Positions 47,037-57,500 of a stretch of 64,000 nt of DNA are shown one piece after another. The translations under genes and the position numbers were made by a program. Position 1 is the first letter of the stretch. Every line of letters begins with the position of its first letter. The notes under the pieces are model-generated. The model did no database searches and had not been told where the DNA came from. It was given only the letters and a program-made list of their open reading frames with translations. This DNA comes from a virus. Lineage: Duplodnaviria > Caudoviricetes. Location: positions 10,757-74,756 of the IMG/VR virus record IMGVR_UViG_3300032272_000007; one strand, given 5' to 3'.

Positions 47037-48509
47037 TTGGCAGGTAATACAGCATCAAATCTAGTATTCAGAGGAGCAGAAGGAACTGGTGCCGCACAGA
47101 TCTTCGGAAGAGAGGGAAATCCACTCAAGGCCTTAGCTCAGGTCAAAGCCAACGAAGCCAACCAGGCAACGCTACTCCAGAAGAGAAAGGAAGCCAGAGA
47201 CAAGAAAATGGCCGATTTAGCGGAATGGGCTCCAGACGAACGATGGGCTCCATTTGACGAGCAGGTTCGAACGATGGCTGAGGACCTTATGGGGTGGGAA
47301 GTGGAACAGATACAGGCTGGAGCAGACACATCCGATGTGGGATTTACCCGTCAAGTAAAATCATTGCAGAATAAGGCTAATTTGGTCGCCTCTAAATCCA
47401 ACCACATGAAAACTGTGTTTGATGACGTAAGAAAAACTTACACCGAGGGTGATAAGAAGGATTATTTCCAGACCAAGCATTATGATGAGTTGCTGAATGA
47501 CGTTTTCATGGATGAAAATGGCAACGGTAATCCGATAGACCAGATTAATCTTGATGACGCACGATCAATATTGGATGATCCAGAGGGATATAATATCACA
47601 GCTATTACCAATGATTTCATTGCCGAGCTTCCAGAGAAGTCTAAAGAATTTTATAGTGGTCTCGCCACCAAGCTAGGCCAGGGTTTTGAGCAATCTAAGT
47701 TCATGACTAAAGTACTTCAATTTGCTCCAGACGGAAGTTTGGAGTTTGATGATAACAACCAACCAGTGCTAAGACTGGCTCCAGAGGTTATTCGAGAAGC
47801 AATGAATAATGACCTTCTGGGTCGATGGGTCGACTATGAAACAGGTAGGGAGGTTGAGAAACGACTACAGACAAGAGGATTGTTAGATGCTGCTGGTGTT
47901 CCTTCAACAGACATTGATCCAGTAGAGGAGCAGGAAATTCAAAAAGAAATTTTGAGGGGACTACTCATCCAGCGGGATCCAACTAGCATGAGCAAGAAGC
48001 CAACGGGTATGCTCAAGCATGATACAGCTGGCGGGAGAGGGTTTTCGGTACAAGAACCATTGGTTGATGTCAGGTATCGAACACTTAGGAAAGCTATCTA
48101 CAGCCTTGATGAGTCCGCTCTAAAGGAAGCAGCACAAGCGGCCGGAGGTATTCAAATAGAGTTTCTTGGGGGGGAGCCGGGACCAGGAGGAAAACTGGTA
48201 GACGAAGCATCTCCTGATAGAATACGTGTAACCATCGACCAGAAGGGGTTCGAGGATCAGAAGAGGGGACAAGAAGGAGAGAAAATCGGAGTTAAGCCAA
48301 AAGTAAAAGACATTTACATTGGTGACAATAAGTCAAGGGAAGCGGCAATATTTGAACTCAATCAATTGATGGATGAGGCTCAGGGGGCAGCTAAACTCAG
48401 AATAGGTAATGATAACATCCGCCTATTTCATGAGAGATGGCTAAAAAAGAATTCCAAAAATCTAGGATTTGGAGGAGATAATGGGAAAGTAACATTTGGG
48501 TTTAAGTAA
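47037..48509 (+). CDS. Internal virion/ejection protein
   Basis: Helical 490-aa ORF between the ejection gene and the giant protein. Confidence 0.55.
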   Translation: MAGNTASNLVFRGAEGTGAAQIFGREGNPLKALAQVKANEANQATLLQKRKEARDKKMADLAEWAPDERWAPFDEQVRTMAEDLMGWEVEQIQAGADTSDVGFTRQVKSLQNKANLVASKSNHMKTVFDDVRKTYTEGDKKDYFQTKHYDELLNDVFMDENGNGNPIDQINLDDARSILDDPEGYNITAITNDFIAELPEKSKEFYSGLATKLGQGFEQSKFMTKVLQFAPDGSLEFDDNNQPVLRLAPEVIREAMNNDLLGRWVDYETGREVEKRLQTRGLLDAAGVPSTDIDPVEEQEIQKEILRGLLIQRDPTSMSKKPTGMLKHDTAGGRGFSVQEPLVDVRYRTLRKAIYSLDESALKEAAQAAGGIQIEFLGGEPGPGGKLVDEASPDRIRVTIDQKGFEDQKRGQEGEKIGVKPKVKDIYIGDNKSREAAIFELNQLMDEAQGAAKLRIGNDNIRLFHERWLKKNSKNLGFGGDNGKVTFGFK

Positions 48510-51500
48510 TGGGAAAACAGAAGGAAAAAAAGCCAAATAATGTAATGAAGGAACTATTCTCCTATCTACAGGAGTCTGGATCTTCTGATGACCTGCCTGA
48601 TAACATTGATGTTTTTCAGGCTCAAATGGATGCCGATACCGCAATTAGTAGCAATATCTATGATTTTCTCAACAAGTCTGCCAAGGTTAATGACCTGCCT
48701 GAAACACATATTGCATTTAGGGAAGGTCTCGGGCTTACTGTAAAAAAAAAAGACGATTCACCACTGGATTCACCAGATGGTGCACCAATATCTACCGAGG
48801 ATTCAGAAATTATTTCAGAAGAACCCATCGATCAACCTAGTGAAGAACCAGGAAGTGAAATCAAAATAGACGGTATTGAGGATTTAGGCATTGATGCCCC
48901 AGAAGGTGAGCCACCTTCTCCAGTAGTGAATCCAGAAATGGCGCAGCAGGAGAAGGACTTCCAGCCACAAATCCAAAGGTTGATTACTCAACCAGAGCTT
49001 GATGAGCAGCAAATACAACAAAGAGCTAGTGACCCTATTTTAAGCGGCATAGATAATATTGTCGGCAGTGTTCAGGACAAACTATTCCCGGTATGGGAAG
49101 AAGCGGCTCAGGCGGCTCAGGCGGAGGCTGTGAAGCTAATAGACATCCAATTCGGTGAGTGGGTCAAAAAGAATCCAAAAGCCAATGAGAAGGAGCAACA
49201 AATCAAGTATCAGGAGCTTGCTGCTAAATTTCAAGAGGGGCCTTTCAAAAATCGATTGAAGGGAATTGAAAATCAGTTCAATAAAACTATCACAAAGGAG
49301 ATCGAAGAGACCATTGAAGGATTCATTGGTATCGAGAAGTGGAAGCAGATGGAAGATGGCCCAAATAGGCTGCAGACTTACCTTAGTCAATTTACCAGAA
49401 CATTCTACGAGATACCTGGTACTCTGTCCAAGGGTTATGGCATTCTGGTCGGCGATGAAAATATTCAAGAGTTTGGTACCGCATGGCAGAACGTTGTAGA
49501 TGAATTCCACCCATCTAATCCTAAATATGCTGAGGAAATTGCCGCACAACTTACCCATGGCCTTGGTCAGGTAACGTCATTAATATTTATGGGAGGGGTA
49601 ACGGGGATGGGCAAGACCGGCACAAACCTACTTCTCAAGAAAGGAGCTAAGGATGTTGCTAATATGTCTTCCAAGCAGATCCTTTACGAGTCAGGAAAGA
49701 ATATGATGAAAACCTTGTCATCAGCTCCAGCCGTACTTGGTGCTATGCAGATGGCCGTTCCTGAGTTTGAACAAGCAATTCAGAAAGGAGCTACCGATGA
49801 TCAGGCGTTTGAGGTGTTCGTTAAAAACGCAATTGTAGGAAGTGTTTTGGAGCAGGCTCCAATTCTTCAATTCTTTAAGCGGCTAAATCAGGCCACAGCT
49901 GGCGGACTAAAAACATGGATGCTGGGCAAGGGTAAAGCAGCCTTCAAGGGCGGACTCGAGGAGGGGTTCACGGAATATCTTCAAGGAGTTTATGCCAACT
50001 GGACCGCTAAGGAGGTGTACGATAACTCTGTTAAAATACTCGATGGTGTAGCTGGAGAGGGAGCTCTTGGATTTGGAGTTGGTTTCATTATTAATGCCAT
50101 TGGTGCCAACATCAAGATCGCCAGGCAACAGAATAAGGGAGACGAGTGGATTGATAAAGCGGAAGCTCATCTGGAGCAAAAGAAAACGGAGTTTGACCCA
50201 GAAGCCACCATCACAAAGGATCCAGCGGTAGAGAAACCAAACGTGATTGATCTTACCGAAAGTAATGCTAAATCCATTCAAGAGAAGATTACAAAAGGGG
50301 ATGAACTAAGCCCCCACGAGCAAAAGGAGAGAGAGCAATTTGAGACCGAAGGGAAAGAGTTTACAGAACCAAAACCACCAAAGGAGGTAGAGGAAGTGGA
50401 TAAAGTGGTAGAAGATCCGTTGGAATCGGAAGAAAAACAGGAAAAACCGGAAGCATCAGACTCAGAGATTGATCAGGAAATACTTGGATACAAAGGCGGG
50501 TTTATCAAGGATCAGAAAAATATTTTAAATACCCGTATTGTCGATATAAAAATCGATGGAGACAAAGTAATACTTAATCAAGGTCAGTCCTCATTTGAGA
50601 AATCGATGACCAAACAGGAGTTCTTGAACATGGTCGATAAAAAAGACCCAAAATTTGAGATCACTATTGCAAGAAAAAGTGAGATAGAGCAACCCCCCAA
50701 GGCGGAGAAACCAAAGGTCAAAAGCGTAAGGAAGGGGCCTAGAAAATTCCCTATACCAAAACGACATCAGCCGGCAGTGGACGCTACCCCGGACACACTG
50801 CGTCAATCAATAATGCAGTCGATTATTGGGGGTGTTCGCTTTGAAACACAACGATTCAAGAAGGAAACAGGTCGTAAGATTGATGGTAGCGTATTGGGAA
50901 TGGTCGCCTCCAAGGAAAAGGGAGGTATGGACATGGATCAATTCATTCTGAATTTAAAGGATGAGTGGGATACTCACGATGAAGGTGAAATCCGAAATGA
51001 AATACTTGATGTGATCAACTCCTATGGATCCAAGGAAGACATGTTCAATTCTCTGATGGATGAAATAGGAGTAGAGGGAGAAGCCATAGCGGATCCAGAT
51101 GAAAGAGCTCTTCGGAAACAAGAGGCAGAAATGGCTAACCAAGCCCTATCTCAGTTATCAGAAGAGGAACGGCAATTGCTAGAAAATAGCCCTGAAATTC
51201 TACCAGATAGTGTTTTTTCTCTGTCAGATGAGGAGGCACAGCAACTTTTAGATGATAATGAAGCATACGAAGCGTACTTAAAAAATTTAGATAATGGAAC
51301 AGAAACCGCAAGTGAAACTAGCCCTGAAAGTGATCAGGGACAAGTTGAAAAAACAAGACAAGAAGAAACCACCTCCAAAGAAGGAGTAAGAAAGTGGATA
51401 AAGGACATCCCCAGACGTGGAAAAACGGAAATATCACTCAATCCAGCTGAACAAAAAGCCCTAAAGGAAATTAATGGCACCACCACTAAAAGCAAACTCT

Positions 51501-54500
51501 ATTTAAGAGGAGAAAAAGGACTTTCAAACAAGTATGGCGATGACACTATTCAAATGCTCAGGGATTATGAGTTAATCTTATTTGGAGCAGATGGTAATAA
51601 ATTCTCAGCAGTAAGTCAGGTCGGTAGAGAAATAGCGGATGACATCACCCAAGAAGTAAAGCGGGAAGATAAAGGAGATAGATTTTTGGTTCCAGAGGAA
51701 CTTGATACGAAAAAATTCAGAAAAACCCTTAACAAAATACATGATCAGTGGGAGAATGATCCAACTGGTGAGCTAATTAATGATGATGATGCGAGAAAGT
51801 TCATCACCGACACCGCTAAGGAAAAGGGCTTTATAACGGGTGTTGAGAGGGATGGATACGGGAATGAGAGAATTACCTTCACCAAAAATGAAGAACAATC
51901 CCCCAAAAAGGATAAACTAGCTCAGAAAGAAGAGAAAATCAAAGATGAGTTAGCGGATCTATGGAGCCAGTTTGGAAAAGCAGGAGCAAATACCGCAAAT
52001 ACGGGGATCACTCCAGAGCAATTTGAGCTAGCGGCCAAGATAATAGCTAAATCAGCAGAATTAGGATTTGTCAAATTTGAACAAATCATTGAGTTCGTCC
52101 GCGATAATATCGGAGAGAACGTACTTAAAGAGAATTTTGATGCATTCAAAGCCGCATACGTGGCGAATAAAGTTACTGAGAATCCAGAAAATGAGGATCT
52201 CAATTCCATTGCATCACAGAACCCAGAAAATTTTATTAAACCAAAATCAAATGAACTCCCTACCACAAACAATCTGGAACCAGATAGCACAGATGGAGGA
52301 TCTATCGACCCAGTGGGCAAAGAAGATGTTTCCGATCGACGAGGATCAGATCGACGTGGAACTAGAGAAGGATCACGACAGGATGAAAAAGACGGGAATG
52401 AGCGACAAAGCGATACTGTCATTTCAGACGATAGCGATACTACACCTGGAACACAAAGCAATCAGAAACTTTCTGAAACAGAGCGAGGAGAACGAAGCAC
52501 TCCAAATGATCGCACTACCGGAGACGGTAGAGGAAGTAATCCAAATAGCAGGCAAAGAATATTGGATGGAGGAGAAGGACGAGCAGAATCTACGAAGCCT
52601 GATAACAAAACACTCACTAAAAAAGAGCGCCTAAAAGCTCAGAAAGCAGCTGAATCTATTGAAGTAGTATTCAATGATCCTAACAATGTCCGAGAAACCC
52701 TACCATTGCTTTTCCCAGAGCAACAGGACGATGTAATCAAGATAGAAAGGAGATTCTCAGAGGACCCAACCTCAACAGATCCCAAAAAGGGAATATTATT
52801 TACTAACGGAACTGGTACGGGCAAAACCTTCACGGGTTTAGGAGCAATCAAGAGATTCCAAAAAAGAGGACTCAACAACATACTGATTGTAACAAAAGCA
52901 AAAGTCACCAGCGTTTGGCAAAACGAAGGGAAACTTTTTGATATTGACATCAATAAGTTAGAGGGAATTAAGGACAGGGGCAAAGGGGTTAGGGTGACTT
53001 CATTTGAGAACTTCCGAGCGAATGAGAGCATAAAACACGAGAAATTTGACCTTGTTATTTATGATGAAAGTCATAAGCTCATGAACAACAAGCGTGGGGA
53101 GGGAATGGCGACAGCCCAATCTCACTATACCATTTCCAATAAGGACACCTCTTATGCAAAGAAGCGCTTAACAGACGTTCATCCGCTATGGATGAAGAAA
53201 AGAGACATTGAGGCTAAAATAGAAGCTGAGTCAGCCTCAAGATCATCATCCGACATGATGCAAAGTCTGTACATGGATTCCCTCCACCGAGAGCAGGCGC
53301 TTGAGGAGAAGCGGAATAAGGTTATGGACGAAATCAGTCTTGTAGAACCCGGGATAAACGAACAGGCAGAAGAGGCTGCAGCTCACACAAAAACGATATT
53401 CCTATCAGCTACTCCATTTAAGTTTCATTTCAATTTGAGGTACGCTAACGGCTATCTTTTTGATTGGGGCAATGAAACCACCAATAAGAACAATAGTCGA
53501 GGACAAGCCAGGCGATTAGATGCTGAAAGTCGATTCTTCTTAGAAAACTTTAGTGCTGCCTACGACTTCCAGAATCATTTGCAGTCACGGTCAGACGCAA
53601 ACCCAGAGGCCATCGCCATGCAGGAGATGAAGTTTGCTGACAGACTAATGGAAAATGGGGCAATGTCTGGTAGAAAAATAACCAGTGATTTCGATTATAG
53701 CAGGGACTTCCCTATCGTATCTGGATTTAACGCAGACTCCTTCAACCAAGCGTACAATGATATTTACAATTTTGATACTAAAGAATTTGATGAACTAAGG
53801 GATGGAGCCAAAGAGGTGTTTGGGAGGTATGAAAGCGCACTAAAACTGTATGAGGCTCTCAGAACCGCTCAATCTATACCAAGAATCAAGGAACACCTAA
53901 AGTTAGGTAGAAAGGTGATTGTCTTCCACAGACGGCACAAGGAGGGCTCACAACCCCCATTTGAAGCAATACTCAGGCATACGGAGGGACAGGGCAGAGA
54001 TTACATAGATCTTGGTTTGGACCCTGAGAAAGGGCAAAAAATGCTTAATCAGGCGGATTTATTCCGAGAGAGGTACGGAGATCTACTAAAATATGAGCAA
54101 GAACTAAACTACCGATCTACGGTAAACCAAATAACAGAGGCTTTTGGAGAAGATAAGGTACGATTTGTCAACGGTCTAGTTAAAGACAAGGACGGAGCGG
54201 TTATCGATTTCAATAATGATGACAGTGAGGCAAAAATAATAGTACTTCATGAGGATGCTGGAGCGGAAGGAATATCCTTACATGACACCACGGGGAATAG
54301 CCCAAGGGTTATTATGTCGATGTCACTACCCAATTCAACCACAACAACCCTCCAAATAGAAGGAAGATCGTACAGAATTGGAAATATGTCCGATGCGATC
54401 TACGAGTACCCTATTTTAGGTCTTGATGCCGAGCTTGCCCACTTTGGCCAGACAATGAATAAGGCTCTTAGCACCACAGAGAACCTATCATTAGGATCCA

Positions 54501-57500
54501 AAGGTAGAGATCTACTCAGCTCCTTCGCCAGAGGGATCATTGTGAACAGCTCTACAGATGCTCCGAGTGCCAACCAAGGAAAGGGAGGCAAAGACTTAGA
54601 TAGGAAAGAAAACGACACCAAAACAGCTTTCGAGAATGCCAAGCTGGAGTACGCCACTAATCTGAAAGGTAGAAAACTAGATTTAGGAGAAGATTTCTTT
54701 TCTACACCAGAGCCGTTAGGACAAAAAATGGTGGAATGGTTGGGTTTAAAAGCAAGCGAGAGCATGTTGGAGCCAGAAGGAGGATGGGGAGCTATCGCAA
54801 TGTGGGCACCTAAGCACTCAACGCTTAAAGTGATAGAGAAGTCCTCAAAACTTGTTTCCATGCTACAAACAAGGGTAAATCACGGAAGCAGAGATATTGA
54901 GCAGATGGCATTCGAAGACTACAATAAAATCAACAAGTTCCATGGAGTAGCTATGAATCCTCCATTTGGTCACGCTGGTAGTTTGGGTTGGGAGCACACC
55001 ATTAAAGGACTTGGACACCTTAAAATGGGAGGACGACTTGTGTCAATACTACCAAGTTCATCCGCCCTTGTTAAAGAAGGAGGAAAAATAGAGCAGTGGC
55101 AAGAATCGAAAGACGGGAGAGAGTATGCTATCCGAGGCAAGGTTAAGCTGCCATCAGTTACCTTTGATCAGGCTGGGACTAAAGTGAATTCATTTGCTCT
55201 CATTATTGATAAAGTCAACTGGAGAGATGAATCTATCAGAAACCTATCCTACCAGGAGTTTGATTTAACCCATATCAAGACAGTTGATGAGTTTTTTGAT
55301 GCCATAGAAGATATGAACTTCGCTGAAAGGTATCAGGATGAAACGGCTCAGGCTCAAGAAGAGCCCACCACACGCAAGGCGATTGATAATTTAATTGATC
55401 AGTCTAGGAAAAAAAGGCTCCAAACCAGCGAGAACACCGATGGTTCAGCTACTCTTGGGGAGTCGACACATGAAAAAACTGGAGCCAAGCAATTTTTAGT
55501 TAAGCTAGGAACCAGAACAGAACCAGATGTATTCCAAGCCTTCAAAAAGAAATCCAAAGAACTAGGGAAGGGGTTCTGGTATCGAGGCAAGCAGGCATTC
55601 ATCTTCCACACCCTGGAGGATGCTGAACAGTTTAGAAACTGGGTAAACAACAATGAGGCCAAGACAGATAGTCATCAGTTCCAGATTTCCAGAGGAGATG
55701 GCAGGACATTTAAGCAAATGGACATCGCCGCAAGGAAGATAGGCAAGTCAGAGCTAGATGGATTAGTGAGGAGGCTGAAACAAGCCCTACCGAGCTTTAA
55801 AGTCCACACATCAAAGCGATCATTCGAGAATGCTTACCAGAGGTACCAAGAGGGTAACGGGGATGCGTTATTTCAGAAATCTAGCCCCAATCAAATGGGA
55901 ATGTTTGCTAGTGACCCTAATATGACGGAAGGGTTACCCGAAACTAAAAGAATAGAGATTCTCAACAAGCTAAAAGAAGCGACCAAGCGGATCAACCATT
56001 TAAGAAAACTACCACCATCAGCCAAAAGCAACCTCGTGAAAGAGGAGGTGGAATGGCTCCAGAAGGACATCATTCGTCTAAATAACAAGCTAGATGACAC
56101 ACTCAGAGCGGATAAGGCTAGAGAGGGGGGAGATCAGCAGTCACTATTCCAGCTAGGTCCAGACAGGACACCAGCCGCCTTTGTCTATAACGATGAAATT
56201 TATATTAATCCTGAGCTAGTCCGAGCAGATACTCCAATACATGAATTTGCTCATATCTGGTTAAGGCTGGCGAAATTCAAACACCAGCCATTATACAAAG
56301 CAGGGCTCAGTCTCGTTAAAAACTCAATCTATCACGAGCAGGTGAAGAATGATCCATATTACTCTACCCTACCTATTGTGGATCAGTTGGAGGAGGCACT
56401 AGCAATTGCCATTGGTGAAAAGGGAGCTCTGATGGAAAACAAGAACGCTTTTTCTAAATGGATTAGCCGCTTATGGACATCGATGAAAGTGTTTTTTGGA
56501 GCAAAAACTAGACTGGACATATTCAATATGTCTCTTGATCAATTTGTAAAAGCATCTGCCAAGGATCTACTTTCGGGGATGGAGATTTCACAGCTGTCTT
56601 CATTGCGAATTCCAGAGACGGCCACAATGGGATTAAGAACCTTCAAAACGTCAAAAGACGCATGGAAGGACTATCAGGATAGATTGGAGGTGAACAAACT
56701 AATTTCAAGCGCTCCGAGGTCATGGATAAAAGCAAGAGAGTCGGGTATTAGAAATATCTGGAATCATTTCATGCAAGGAATCCAAGACAACACCAGGCAG
56801 GTGGCGGTTGTCCAGGAGGAGATATATAATAATTTCGTTAAAAATCTGGATAAGGAGATAGATGCGAAAAACATTCCTGATGATCAGAAAAAGGCACTTA
56901 AAAAATCAGTACTATCCAGCAGAGCGAAGATAAAAGATGTGGCCTTAAAGGGTAAAGACGTTCATTCAGCACTCGATGTTAAGACTGGCAGGATCCAAAA
57001 CGCTCAGGAATTAATGAGAAGAAAGTTTTTTGGAGACCATTCGATAGGGACAGGAATGAGCATAGTTGATTGGTTGACCAAAAAAACCCACAAAGGAGCG
57101 GAAATATTAGATGCGGATAGTGAGTCGGGAATACTGAAAAAAGATGGATTAACGCTATTGGATGTGGGTTTCTATGCTTATGTAAAACACGCTAAAAACT
57201 TCAATGAGAGAGTTCATGAAATATCTGTAAAAAGAGAAGATGAACTGGAGATTACAGATGGTTCGGGGATGACCGACGAGCAGGCCGACTTACTCATGGA
57301 TAAAATGGAGGAAACCGGCAAGATAGAGGCTCTGGAGAGAGCATGGAAGGTGATGAGGGATGAGCTTGTCAAAAAACCTCTTGACCTAAAGCTAGAAAAG
57401 GGGATCATTACTCCTGAGCAGTATGAAACCCTCACAAATCCAAAGATAGCTGGAGATTTCGCAAACACCTATGTCCCACTAAATGTGTCTCCAAAAGCAT

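Noticed and set aside
49266-49499. Another +1-frame ORF in the giant gene
   Set aside because: Overlaps a well-formed helical part of the main protein, has frameshift-like composition and a TTG start; unlike 52251-52634
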